A DNA stretch of 64,000 nt, taken from IMG/VR virus record IMGVR_UViG_3300044655_002046. One strand, 5' to 3'. How positions within the stretch are numbered: the stretch's first letter is position 1; each line of letters begins with the position of its first letter. This document shows positions 44,501 through 54,463 of this stretch, one piece after another. Position numbers and translations under genes: made by a program. The stretch is from a virus. The notes below the pieces were generated by a model. It did no database searches. It worked only from the letters and a program-made list of their open reading frames with translations, and had not been told where the DNA came from.

Positions 44501-47500
44501 TGGGTTAGTTACGCGCCGGCGGTTCCTATCAGTCAGTGGGTCTAATCGTGCCGTTAGACTGACTATACTGATGGCCATAAACTTGCGCTGATCCTCTGAT
44601 AAGTTATTCATCGAGGCATCAGTTATATTGGCCTTACGGTAGTCGCGCGCGTATAATTGGCCCATGGCCCCTGCCTTGACCATCTTGAACATGTAGGCCG
44701 GTGCCGTAGAATATACTGCCGTACTGATGTCCTGGTTAGTGGACTGCAGCTGCATGTAGAAGGTCTGGCGCGAGCCTAGCTCTCCCTCTCGCACACTAGT
44801 ACCGAATACTAGGACACTCATGAATGGGTTACTGGCATTTAGCACAAAGCTGCTGCGTAGGTTATCTATTGCAGTACTCATACGCCCTACGCTGCTCTCT
44901 ATGGGGTTGATTAAGCGCACGCCGCGCTTACGTTTATAGGCGCCATCCGCCATTACAACCAGAGGCTCCAGGGGATCCGGCGCCACGACTATATCCCGTC
45001 GTGTGACTAGGCGGAATGCATTAGACACGAACTCCAGCGGTGTGCCGTCCATGGCGTTATAGAAGCCTGCTGTTGCTTCTTCTTGATTACCTGAGCCAGA
45101 TAATACAATACCTACACCTAGTAGAAGAGCAGTAGCGGCTATGTTCACGGTGCCTAGTGCCGCTGCAGAACGCAATAGCCTATTACCGCCGGGCCCCAGT
45201 ATTCTGGCGTTTCTATACTTGAGGTAGTCTCTACTATCCACTAGGGTGCGTAGGTTCTCGCCGTAATCCGTTAATCTATAGTTACCTGCCTCGTCTATAA
45301 TGTCCCGTACCTGGAAGTTAGATGGGCGCCGGCCGTGTTCATTCATAGCATTATGGTATGCCGTGCCATGAACTGTCTTCAGATGTTCATCTAGTAAATC
45401 GAAGCTATGGTAGCCTCGTCGATTATTACGATAGTCTGATAGGTAGGTCTCTACAGTATTGAAATCAGACCGTATGTCCCTCTCAAGAGAGGCTAGACGT
45501 AGCCGCCGCCACATACCTAGTGGGTTCAGTGGATGCATCTTACCTACCTTGGCCCTCATTCTACGATACCGCTCTATAGTAGCGCCTGGGTCGAGCCCGA
45601 GATCTCCTAGTTCTACTACTGCCATAGCGTTTACGCCGGCATAGAGCCCTACTGTGGCTAGTCGAGTCATGACATTGTCGTCCATGCCCTCACTTATATT
45701 CCACCCAGTCTTAGTCTGGAATAGAGCTGCTACAGTGCCAAGAAGTAATGGCATGCGATAGGCCCGCCATCTGCGTAGACCCGTGTGCATACCGCGGCTT
45801 ATCCTAATGTCATTCATACCTGTTACTCTCGCTACACGAGATTGTAACGCTGCTACCTTCTTACGCCATGGATCGTGCTTCATAGCGAAGGAATACGCGA
45901 AGGCCAGAGAAGTACCTACAAGTAGAGAACTTGTTAGTGGACTCGTGCCCGTTAATCCAAATAATACGCCGAGCACAGGGGGTACAATAAAGTTACTCAG
46001 GGCTACTACCTTAGCTAGTCTTCTATCTAGCTTCTCGAATCCCTGTAGTGCCCCGTAGCTGAACCCCGCCATTGTGTCTATTACCTTACCTGAGTAATGC
46101 CAGAAGGAACCAACTGCAGTTCGCGCACCTGCTATGGGTATATTCATAACTCGGCCGCCCCAGTCATCTACTAGTACTGCTAGGTTAGTCATCTTATTAC
46201 TGAGGTCCTTCGCACCTGCGCCTATCGCGGGGTCGCGTAGTATCTTAGAGCGCGCGTACTCTGGTAGTATAGCAGACAGGCTGACTAGGCCCGCCGTTAA
46301 TGATACTGCTAGTGATATATTACCAGCGCTCTGTATGTAATTGATGACATTATCCTTCTCCTGGTTATATATGAAGGCCTCAGCATAAGGCTTATTAGCG
46401 TCAAAGGCCAGGGGGGCTGACACGCTCATAGAGATACCCAGTACAGGTGCTGATTGTACCCCCATACTGTAGCTGTATACACCCTTATCCATCTCAGAAC
46501 TACGGCGCCGTGACTCCGCTATGAAGAACTGGATGTAGGACGTGGGGGCCTGACTAGCGTATACCTCTATAGTTCTGGCCCGTCGACTTATAGCTGCTAC
46601 TGGTGTGTGGGCACTAACTCGTCCTGCCACGAATGCAGACCATGCCTCTAAAGTCCTCTCAGTTCTATTGCCAACTAGCCCGCCTGTGTTAACCCTATTG
46701 AGTACTGATTGTTTCCATGCCTGGAGACTACCTACTGTTGCGTAATTCTCGTCTAGTACCTGCCCCTCTTGTCCTGTCATCCGGTTGAAGGTATTCATTA
46801 TGAAGTTACCTACACCGGTTATGATGCGGGGGGCCCATAGTAGCGCTGCTGTAGTTAGGCCCCACGTCATGAATCTATTACCCTTCTTGATTAGAGTGCC
46901 TCGCTTCAGTACTTCCTCCGCCTCTGCAGATATTAGACGACTGTTACCACTGGCATATAGCTCATCGCTGAGACTATACCGGTTAATGGCCATACTACCG
47001 AATACCTCACTACCTACATAACCACCGGCTACTGCTAGTGCTGTATAGGCAGCCCCCATGACGGGCCCCTCGAGTACTAGATTGCGGTTATTGTAGCGCA
47101 CCTCCTCTACGTCGACAGCGCCGAACTGTAGGTTAATAGAACGCAGGAAGCTAGGCCCACTTGCATCTAGTATATTAGCTAGGCCGGCCTGCACGTTCAT
47201 AAGGGCTAATACAGAGGCACCTATAACGCCCTTATTGCGGAAGAATGATGAAGTCAGAAAGCGACTATTACGCGCTGATATTAACCTGAATAGATCTTCT
47301 TGAGCTGCCGTGGCCCCCGCTGCCCGTTGTACTGCCTGCTGATAGTGGGGGCTACTCTGTATGGCCTGATTGTAGACTATCAGCTGATCTACAAACTTAG
47401 CAACTAACTTACGCTGTTCTAGAGTTTGCACATTACCTATCTGACGACTACCTTGTCCGTTAATGCCTACCTCCCATGTCAGAAGGTTCTCCACTAGCAT

Positions 47501-50260
47501 CTGTCTCTCTAGCCTCATGAGTTGCTTATACTCTACAGCTAGATTACTAGTTGCTATGGGTCCTATACCCATGAATAAGTTATTACCCTGGAGGCGCGCC
47601 TTAGTAGAACGCATTACTCCTCCTAGCATAGCCCCGCCTCGCATGAGAATGCCCTTCATACCGCTGGCGTTATTCTCGCTACTACTGACTATGTAATTGA
47701 GACTCTGGCTTCCAGTACCTAATATTCTATGGAAGGTTTCTGCCATCTCATTAAAGCTGAATACCTCTGCCATACTCACGAAGGAGCGGCTGTCTTCCTT
47801 GCCATCTCCCCAACCCCAGCGCCAGGGTGCAACCGGTATACTAGCCCCTACCTCGTCAATTAATATTGCTAACTCTCGTTGTCTCTCGAAGCCTATGTTA
47901 GTGGCCTTGAGCGATACTAGGAATGGTTCTACCTCACCTGAGACTGGATTATACCTCTCTTCAAAAGTAGTCTCTAGACCAATAGGGCGCCGTAATGAAT
48001 CATGGAAGGCATCCACAGAGCGCCTTAACTTAATGTCCTCTGCGCTCCCTCTCTCATAGGGATTTATGACATCTAGTATGAAGGGCTTAGTTATATATTC
48101 GAAGAAGGTAGATCCCCTCTCTCTATAAAATAGATTATTGAGAGCGGGCAGCGTATTTATACGGTCAGTATAGTAGTTGTCGAGGGTACCCCCGCTAAGC
48201 CTCTGAACTTCTTGCATGTACTTAGCTAACTCAAAATTATCGACGGGGGCGAAGTCTAGTATAGGCATGTGCTGAGGATATCTTTTTCCTCTTGTCTTCT
48301 GTACTGCGCCATCGATAGTGCCCTGAACCATCGATTTATTTAATTCTGCAGTTATGTAGCCTAGGGGTATACCCACACTGAAATATAACCCCATACTGGC
48401 CGCCGTAGTCATTACAAAGCTACTGGCAAATGTGAGCGCATTCTCATATACACCGGCTACTGGTACCATGCTATCGCGAGTCTCATCGTAGTCGAAGAAC
48501 GTGCCGTAGTATGTCAGTGTTCTATCTAGTACTGCGCCGAAGGCGCCTGCTATACTAGGTAGGGCCCCCACCTCATCTTTATATAATCTGCCAAAGCCGG
48601 CCATGATAGTATACTCATTGATGAGAGAGCCCAGGCCCGGCGATAGTAGGGCCTTATCGTAGTCGCGGACCTGCTCTGGTACAGTACTGGGGGCTCCACT
48701 TAGCGCAGCGCGCGCTAGGTAGTTCTGTGTGGCTATACCGGGCCTATTAGTGTAGGACTCTAGTGATTCTCTCCAGTCTAGGTGTCCGCTTACTCGAGCG
48801 CGGGCTGCGTTATTAATAGCCACCTCATAGAAGTGGGAGGCCCCCAGGAAGCTGGGTAGTTGAGACGCAGTAGTACCAGTAGTAGCACGTATAAATGACT
48901 TATTGGTATAACCCATCTGCGTCATCTCTATATCAGAGACGTTGAACTTATTATCAGACAATAACATGCCCTTATAATACGCGAAGGCAGCGGGGTCATC
49001 CTCGCTAGTTAGCCGTATCATGATCTCTCTATTATGCTGAGCACTGAAGCGCCGGGTGCCCATATAGAGTACATCGGTGCCCTTCTCGTCTATGTTCTCA
49101 AATAGGTGTTTATTATAATGAGTGCCTACGTTAGAGCCCACTATAACGCCGGCCTGCTGTAGACGATTACGTATGCTGGAATCTAGCTGGCCACTAGTAG
49201 CCATTAGTACTGGTATGTCGGAGGCCCGTTCTACTATAGTGTTCTCGAAGTTCTCTAGTCTGGCGTAGTGAGTCCTATCTAAATTATTATCTCGACTGAT
49301 GATATTTCCATCATCATCTCTTGCTTGAGCTAGGCTCCAGCTTGCTGGGCTCAGCACTATGCCATTGGCCCTCTGCGCGTCGCGGGTCATAGCTAATATA
49401 GCCTCTGACTCACCTAAGATGAATCTATTGCGAGAAGTATCTAGCTCCCTGCCCTCTGCTAGGGAACGCATATAGGTGCGGAGTTCAGTAACAAACTTAG
49501 GGTTAGTGGTTTCGTAGAATACATCCTTTTTATTAGACTTAAGGCCTATGTCAAGGAGACTACTATTAGTATTCCTGAGCATTACACCAGCACCCATGAG
49601 TAGAGGGGCGGCTATAGCTCCTACTATACCTAGTCGCGGGGCCCTGCCTGATATTATAGCGCCGGCCCCTGCAATACCTGATACTACCGCTCCTACCTCG
49701 AGGGCATTAGTTCCATACTCGGTTATATAAGGAGCCGTGTGTACTCTACCTACATCAATACCGTCCTCTCTGGTAATCAACTCGAGCTTAGAGTGCATCA
49801 GCGTAGTACCCTGGCCCTTATTAGCGGTATAGGGTATGACATTTAGATTATTAGATGCCGCCTCTAGTGCCTGTGATTCTCTCTTAGATATAGTCATGTC
49901 GACTACAACGGTACCACCTACCTCATCGTATAGATCCATCTCATTGGTAAATATACCCTCTGCCATTTTTATATATGGCTTCATGCTCTGATAGAATTTA
50001 TCCTGTCTCTCCTGACCTATTGCTCTGAAGCTCTCTTTATTAAAAGTATCGTGTAATAACTCTAGGGTGAAATCCGAGTGGAACCTACTGTGCGAAAACA
50101 AAGCTGCTTCTAGGCTATTGGGGCGCGCATCTCTTAGAAAACGCTGAGTCTCATTAAAAGATGACACACCAAATCGGCTAGAGTAATTCTCTAGTGAACC
50201 AGTACCAGCCGATGGGTACTTACCGGCCGCCTCTATTTGTCTTAGTAGATCCGATTCCAC
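41552..50260 (-). CDS. Giant virion protein (tape-measure-like), 2902 aa
   Basis: Size, many Gly/Ala-rich hydrophobic helices, position in the structural module. Confidence 0.6.
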   Translation of the reverse strand: MESDLLRQIEAAGKYPSAGTGSLENYSSRFGVSSFNETQRFLRDARPNSLEAALFSHSRFHSDFTLELLHDTFNKESFRAIGQERQDKFYQSMKPYIKMAEGIFTNEMDLYDEVGGTVVVDMTISKRESQALEAASNNLNVIPYTANKGQGTTLMHSKLELITREDGIDVGRVHTAPYITEYGTNALEVGAVVSGIAGAGAIISGRAPRLGIVGAIAAPLLMGAGVMLRNTNSSLLDIGLKSNKKDVFYETTNPKFVTELRTYMRSLAEGRELDTSRNRFILGESEAILAMTRDAQRANGIVLSPASWSLAQARDDDGNIISRDNNLDRTHYARLENFENTIVERASDIPVLMATSGQLDSSIRNRLQQAGVIVGSNVGTHYNKHLFENIDEKGTDVLYMGTRRFSAQHNREIMIRLTSEDDPAAFAYYKGMLLSDNKFNVSDIEMTQMGYTNKSFIRATTGTTASQLPSFLGASHFYEVAINNAARARVSGHLDWRESLESYTNRPGIATQNYLARAALSGAPSTVPEQVRDYDKALLSPGLGSLINEYTIMAGFGRLYKDEVGALPSIAGAFGAVLDRTLTYYGTFFDYDETRDSMVPVAGVYENALTFASSFVMTTAASMGLYFSVGIPLGYITAELNKSMVQGTIDGAVQKTRGKRYPQHMPILDFAPVDNFELAKYMQEVQRLSGGTLDNYYTDRINTLPALNNLFYRERGSTFFEYITKPFILDVINPYERGSAEDIKLRRSVDAFHDSLRRPIGLETTFEERYNPVSGEVEPFLVSLKATNIGFERQRELAILIDEVGASIPVAPWRWGWGDGKEDSRSFVSMAEVFSFNEMAETFHRILGTGSQSLNYIVSSSENNASGMKGILMRGGAMLGGVMRSTKARLQGNNLFMGIGPIATSNLAVEYKQLMRLERQMLVENLLTWEVGINGQGSRQIGNVQTLEQRKLVAKFVDQLIVYNQAIQSSPHYQQAVQRAAGATAAQEDLFRLISARNSRFLTSSFFRNKGVIGASVLALMNVQAGLANILDASGPSFLRSINLQFGAVDVEEVRYNNRNLVLEGPVMGAAYTALAVAGGYVGSEVFGSMAINRYSLSDELYASGNSRLISAEAEEVLKRGTLIKKGNRFMTWGLTTAALLWAPRIITGVGNFIMNTFNRMTGQEGQVLDENYATVGSLQAWKQSVLNRVNTGGLVGNRTERTLEAWSAFVAGRVSAHTPVAAISRRARTIEVYASQAPTSYIQFFIAESRRRSSEMDKGVYSYSMGVQSAPVLGISMSVSAPLAFDANKPYAEAFIYNQEKDNVINYIQSAGNISLAVSLTAGLVSLSAILPEYARSKILRDPAIGAGAKDLSNKMTNLAVLVDDWGGRVMNIPIAGARTAVGSFWHYSGKVIDTMAGFSYGALQGFEKLDRRLAKVVALSNFIVPPVLGVLFGLTGTSPLTSSLLVGTSLAFAYSFAMKHDPWRKKVAALQSRVARVTGMNDIRISRGMHTGLRRWRAYRMPLLLGTVAALFQTKTGWNISEGMDDNVMTRLATVGLYAGVNAMAVVELGDLGLDPGATIERYRRMRAKVGKMHPLNPLGMWRRLRLASLERDIRSDFNTVETYLSDYRNNRRGYHSFDLLDEHLKTVHGTAYHNAMNEHGRRPSNFQVRDIIDEAGNYRLTDYGENLRTLVDSRDYLKYRNARILGPGGNRLLRSAAALGTVNIAATALLLGVGIVLSGSGNQEEATAGFYNAMDGTPLEFVSNAFRLVTRRDIVVAPDPLEPLVVMADGAYKRKRGVRLINPIESSVGRMSTAIDNLRSSFVLNASNPFMSVLVFGTSVREGELGSRQTFYMQLQSTNQDISTAVYSTAPAYMFKMVKAGAMGQLYARDYRKANITDASMNNLSEDQRKFMAISIVSLTARLDPLTDRNRRRVTNPFNRASLALYRADPLMNIALSSRLQVIRNFAYQRPESLVSEMTNLGNPDNMNPRDSKKPKSYLDTLIASLSKGDMRLLAETAFPGLVSRVANPLNFVQYENFIKYSSERRTGGRQVDIYAADGDWLEMGAPRSMRTEEGNILGMMGSFLVNFWGKIPLINTPIMTSLAGGVAATMIAGAIGAMMSLFGVLEGGKQARAIDNVMTELRVLWAGERAEYFIITAPQAKSPLGENRMKYEVKRGRFTYTLHASPPDGMGGEVGKRIGHFLNSFMSMTANDGMDTLMAHVYDAPIINESTVRSITDRDDLVRKLVDSLDDTISRGPDSFLTKILNLLDSDISINNGPAPFSQKAYSLLGLSEETFKIQYGDADSFLRRRIREVIKETIEREVIRKISLNPSPGDAFMISSRFRGLTSDEQIRIISASVLNELGFLFKDIKEKALIMAGATTDIEVLRSRNQRVEDWANKQGGIIDIERKKAPQWKRIFHWDSGKAPIADPSEIKVYPFFKARLSARASLQALGGGIMTAWGGIESLDIGSAFVRLGRSQRDELYTEAERQLLEEHAGMTVRNSITGIVTGLIAAKAIGALGAAVAAAPVAAPVVAAIGAVAIGVGIATGLFAWGYKHLEAVTKGDAWQDFSEASERFWAGVDRGIGDIIGDKIPSLLSFGNNQVKGVITSAIGMALGAMSLVGAAASWFKGAGWGLIAKSGAVGLLGGAVITSAPGIHETLARGSSAAVEGMGKITGLNIFVTPTDYLLARYKQGPGGMTLAMPGRAFQYNADRWADASKDSSGSRTAAMLLPTPAGGDSNIQLLDPFTEREIARRARLFNVEIFGQTSWVKSARASSDWGSIKVYAKQQLLGQYKNNIAAIRATVSDTMNRLAQSATPYNTEVARLALAVSKTVGGPAPATQSRAIISNNGNFSPELKEITEEAARRGHIALISQETSAEQNGNTVTVTTRPSDDNSLWVNRLDGRLDREVMLRMG

Positions 50261-50871
50261 TGTTCATTGACCTCTATATTATCTGTATAGGAGACCTCTA
50301 TCGGCGCTACCGGTGTATCGTATTCTATTACTACGGGGTCATTATTAGGTAATTGTATCTCTGCCTTGAAGCGTCCTGCTCGGCTAGTGCTCTGGTCCTT
50401 GATGGTGTAATCTACACTGGCACCCAGTGTATCTTTAATAGTAATACCTGTTAGTATATCGGGGTAATCGAGTAGACTAATTATGTTCTCTACCGGTGTT
50501 ATCTCTATACGCTCACGACCAGTAGACACACCTATCCACCAGTATCGTGTGTCTATTAGTGATTCCTGATAATCCGGGGCTACGCGCCCCGGAGGTTGTT
50601 GTTTCCATCTCCATATCTCTACCTTATACGCATTCTCTAGTCTGAGTGCCTCGCCGGCCCGTGGTGTGCTGTACTGGGGATAGGCCAACGGCATATACTC
50701 TGGCTCGCAGGGGGCCAGCAATAAGCGTAGGGGTATAGTCGGCTGGAGATGTATTCTCTGACTGGTGCCTGGTATGACCTCACGAAGAGAACGCGGTGGC
50801 GTGATGTAGAGGTAGTACCGCCACGAGTCGAATAATTCCTGGAACTTAAATACAACTGGAGATAATTTCAT
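50242..50871 (-). CDS. Hypothetical virion-module protein
   Basis: 209 aa overlapping the giant gene start. Confidence 0.65.
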   Translation of the reverse strand: MKLSPVVFKFQELFDSWRYYLYITPPRSLREVIPGTSQRIHLQPTIPLRLLLAPCEPEYMPLAYPQYSTPRAGEALRLENAYKVEIWRWKQQPPGRVAPDYQESLIDTRYWWIGVSTGRERIEITPVENIISLLDYPDILTGITIKDTLGASVDYTIKDQSTSRAGRFKAEIQLPNNDPVVIEYDTPVAPIEVSYTDNIEVNEQWNRIY

Positions 50872-50982
50872 TATGGTTATAGCGCGCCTGGAGACAGCTT
50901 CTAAAACATCATGTATAAGATGTGCTTATCTATAGTGGGGACTAATTTGGCATTCTCGACCTCCGTTATTGATAATGAGAGC

Positions 50983-52761
50983 TTAGATTGAGGGCCGCCG
51001 CTTACGCGCTGCTAGTAGTAACCCCTTACCGCGAGCTGTAGTTAGTTCTCTATTCTTCTTGAGCGTCTTGCTACTGATACTCTTAATGCCGCTAGAGCTC
51101 ATACTGAATCCCATGAGAGTACTGTCCTCCTTAACGCAGTTGAATACAGCGTTAACTACAGCATCTATTATGTCCTTACCACTGGCCCGCTCGTTGTGAG
51201 TTATCTTACCACTAGCTAGTTGTAATATACCGCCCATCTCAGCCATCAGACTATGCGTCCAGGTACTATCGCGAGGTAGTATCAACCGCCCCTCATTGAG
51301 TAGTTGTCGCGTTAGGTTATAGTAACTCAGCTGCGCTGTATTAGTGGTACTCATCTCAGTAGAGCGTATGCCGTGAGCGTGTAGTCGCTGTATAGTGGAC
51401 TGAGATTGATAGGAGTCAAATGAGCAGAGACTAATATGGCGGGCCTGACATATCTGCACTAACTTCTCCTCTATATCTAGGTAGGAGACTATACGCTGTA
51501 TGCCCCTCCCCTTATCATCTCTATCACTATAAGGCTTCCATACTAATAGACCATCTACTATGACGCCCCATCTACCATCCTCTAGCTTAGTGCTCCTTAC
51601 GAAGGCAATAGCGGCGCTATCCTTCTTGAGCCCGTAGTCTACGTGTAGATAGGAGCGGCCTTCACTGAGTCTCTCTAGTCTATTTATCTGCAGTGATACG
51701 TAATGGCGTATATCATCCCCATTGGTTATATCCAGTGGTATAGAACGCGCATCCAGACAAGAGAGACCCTTAACTGCCTCCTCTATATACTCCTTCTGGA
51801 AGAAGGAGCCGTGCTTACTAGAGCGTATGCCCTCATACTCCAGAGCTGCTGTCACGGGATCGCGTATGTAGTCCTCACTATTCTTGAGGCTATACTCACT
51901 GACCTCTGGTCGTAGATTGATATCCCAGGTGCGTAGGCGGAATGCCACCATGCGCGCATCGCGTGTCGCTACCTTATAGAGATTCTGTATGTAGTCCCCC
52001 TCACCCCAAGCAGAACTGATGGCTATCTTCTTACCTTTATCACCGAAGGTACTCAGCCCCTTAGCTACGTTACTCCATATATCATCTGCCTTCGATTCCC
52101 CTAGCTCGTTATACTCGAAGCGGGCCGCCTCATCTAGAACCAACATTTTAAGAGAATAACCTACTAGGGACTGCGAGTTAGTGTGTTTAGCGTAGATGGC
52201 TATATTCTTAGCCGGGCAACGTATCTCCTGCGTGAGTATCTCTATTTGACCACTGTTCTCTAGCCCCTTGAAGTACGCGCTCTGGCTGGCGTAGCCTCTG
52301 ATAGCGCCGAATAGCGTCTCATTGACCTGGGCCCCGCTTCGCGCTATAACAAATATAGCTATGGGGGATCCACTCAATAGACCATAGTGCTTAGCTGGGT
52401 TATCTAGGTTGATAAGGCAGTAGAATTCATAGAGCACGCATATACTCGCTAGCACACTCTTACCTCCTCGTCGCCCGCACTCTAGTACCATGTTGACGTA
52501 GGAGCGGTCTGGTACCCAGGTGGTTAGATCCTGCTCAACCCATCGCTGTAGTATAGTCAGCTCGTCTGGCGGTAGAGGCTCATTATAGAGAGCGCGTAGT
52601 ATGGCCCTCTGAGGCGGGAATAATGTCTCGCCGGGGGCCAGTAGATATTGCTCTGCAAATTCAACTATACCTATAACGTGACCAGTCCTAACCTGAGCTA
52701 GGCCCTCATATACTAGCTCATCGAATAGCTCTATTGGATCCAACTTACGTTTACGCGCCAA
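50983..52761 (-). CDS. terL: Terminase large subunit
   Basis: GRRGGKS Walker A, VLDEAA Walker B, nuclease HVDYGLKKDSAAI and KDIIDAV. Confidence 0.9.
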   Translation of the reverse strand: MARKRKLDPIELFDELVYEGLAQVRTGHVIGIVEFAEQYLLAPGETLFPPQRAILRALYNEPLPPDELTILQRWVEQDLTTWVPDRSYVNMVLECGRRGGKSVLASICVLYEFYCLINLDNPAKHYGLLSGSPIAIFVIARSGAQVNETLFGAIRGYASQSAYFKGLENSGQIEILTQEIRCPAKNIAIYAKHTNSQSLVGYSLKMLVLDEAARFEYNELGESKADDIWSNVAKGLSTFGDKGKKIAISSAWGEGDYIQNLYKVATRDARMVAFRLRTWDINLRPEVSEYSLKNSEDYIRDPVTAALEYEGIRSSKHGSFFQKEYIEEAVKGLSCLDARSIPLDITNGDDIRHYVSLQINRLERLSEGRSYLHVDYGLKKDSAAIAFVRSTKLEDGRWGVIVDGLLVWKPYSDRDDKGRGIQRIVSYLDIEEKLVQICQARHISLCSFDSYQSQSTIQRLHAHGIRSTEMSTTNTAQLSYYNLTRQLLNEGRLILPRDSTWTHSLMAEMGGILQLASGKITHNERASGKDIIDAVVNAVFNCVKEDSTLMGFSMSSSGIKSISSKTLKKNRELTTARGKGLLLAARKRRPSI

Positions 52762-53539
52762 GTGTCACCTCCATATACATATTCTTAGTCTCTATGTATT
52801 CTGTTATGCCTATGTTAGGTTGTATGGCCTTGATTAAATTAGGATCCTCGTTTATAGCAACGTAAAATACGTCATCTTGAGGTATCATGTGTATTGCCGC
52901 AGGGCCCGATATTGTGTTTACTGGTAGTGATGGATCTAAGTATATAGATGATATGGTACTCATAATATAGGGGCCCGCGTCTATCTCTAGCTCTATGTAC
53001 TCGTCTGATATCGGTACCTCTAAGCGGGGGTGTGATTCTATATAGCGTAGTGTCCAGGGCACAGTTGAATTGAAGCGGATAGTCGTTACCCTTGTATTCT
53101 GCGGGGCCTCTAATTGTACCTCCTGATCTAGACTATTGTCTCGAGAGAAGGCAGTGTAGACTATAATGGTACTAGAGCTACCTGACCGCAGTACGTATGC
53201 GCTTATACTACCCTCCTCCTTAGTAGAGAGGAGGGCTCTCTGCAGTGGTTCTAGACCCCAGCTATCTAATTCTGAGCGCATGATAAAATTACCCCTACTA
53301 TCTATCATGTCGTAGGGGCCGGGCACTCTAACAGAATGTATATCCTTATTGAGGACTACGACGGGGTAATCAGTACTACTGAGTAATTGTATTATCCACC
53401 AATCTAATAGCGGCAGTGCGCCTAATAGTGCAGGGGCCCGTGTTCTAATTAATGACTCGAGGTTAATCACAATGAATAATGACTTTAGACGGCGACGCCT
53501 TAGTATTATGCCCCTCACTATATGGTCAATAGCAGGCAC
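52751..53539 (-). CDS. Hypothetical protein
   Basis: 262 aa, overlaps terL. Confidence 0.6.
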   Translation of the reverse strand: MPAIDHIVRGIILRRRRLKSLFIVINLESLIRTRAPALLGALPLLDWWIIQLLSSTDYPVVVLNKDIHSVRVPGPYDMIDSRGNFIMRSELDSWGLEPLQRALLSTKEEGSISAYVLRSGSSSTIIVYTAFSRDNSLDQEVQLEAPQNTRVTTIRFNSTVPWTLRYIESHPRLEVPISDEYIELEIDAGPYIMSTISSIYLDPSLPVNTISGPAAIHMIPQDDVFYVAINEDPNLIKAIQPNIGITEYIETKNMYMEVTLGA

Positions 53540-53622
53540 CGCGCATGTACTTGACTCTAGATTTGAAGGGCTATAACATAATTCGTGTAGTAGGTGACGC
53601 TGTGCTTAGTACTAGGTGGGAA

Positions 53623-54093
53623 TCACGCCTGCTCGTTGAGCAGTAAATTGATAGTGTAATTGTATACTGCAGGTGGTGCTACTGAGAGGGGCGCGTTAAC
53701 TACGGTTTCTATGTGCACTACAGTACCCACGTTACTGCCGCGGTTATTACCATTAGAGGGACTGGCACCAGTTAGGTCAGCCCCTCGCACTACCAACGCA
53801 TGAGTGAAGGGTCCTATAGGCCCCCCTGATGGTGTGAATGTGGCAGTAGCAATTAGACTAGCAGTGGGCGTTGTACGCGTTGGGATAGTGATAATTGGGG
53901 TAGTGATAATGAATCTACTATAGCCGCTAATCTCCCAGAGGGCTGCTTCAGCCATAGTGATATTCAGGCGGGCATCTATCTCATTGGGGGTTAATACAGT
54001 ACCGATACCCAATTGGGGCCGGTTGATTAGAATGACTACTAGATTAGTATTAATCTGAGATAGTAGGAAGGAGTATAGTGCTCTTGGGTACAT
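53623..54093 (-). CDS. Tail/baseplate-associated protein
   Basis: ATFTPSGGPIGPFTHALVV motif; structural operon. Confidence 0.5.
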   Translation of the reverse strand: MYPRALYSFLLSQINTNLVVILINRPQLGIGTVLTPNEIDARLNITMAEAALWEISGYSRFIITTPIITIPTRTTPTASLIATATFTPSGGPIGPFTHALVVRGADLTGASPSNGNNRGSNVGTVVHIETVVNAPLSVAPPAVYNYTINLLLNEQA

Positions 54094-54094
54094 G

Positions 54095-54463
54095 TTAAGG
54101 TAGTGTTATATTAAGGCGGCTCTCTACGACGCCGTCGATGATCCTATATACTATATCATTATCTAGGGGGTCATATAGCTCTATATCATAGAACCATGTC
54201 TGGCGGAGTGCTGTAGTAGGTATGTTTCTAGTGCGTGTGGCCCCCAGATAGGGCTTAATACGTGTGTAAGTCACTCCATCTCTAACTACTGTAGTCAGGG
54301 GCTCAAACTCAAAGTTAGCGAATAACTCACCATCCTCCTCATCTCGTATCTGGCCCCGGCACTGCATTGCTGTTAGGTCTCCCTGACGTAGTATAGTCAG
54401 TAGATCCCAGAGGGCCCCCCGTATAATAGCTCTATCCTTAACTAGATCTAGCTTAGTTACCAT
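54095..54463 (-). CDS. Baseplate-associated (BppU-like) protein
   Basis: DL.KDR..IRG..QCRGQIR..WFYDIEL..RIIDGVV pattern. Confidence 0.5.
   Translation of the reverse strand: MVTKLDLVKDRAIIRGALWDLLTILRQGDLTAMQCRGQIRDEEDGELFANFEFEPLTTVVRDGVTYTRIKPYLGATRTRNIPTTALRQTWFYDIELYDPLDNDIVYRIIDGVVESRLNITLP

Noticed and set aside
41910-49730. Plus-strand ORFs opposite the giant gene, and similar antisense ORFs across the window
   Set aside because: Shadow frames of long coding genes; no RBS or recognisable motifs.
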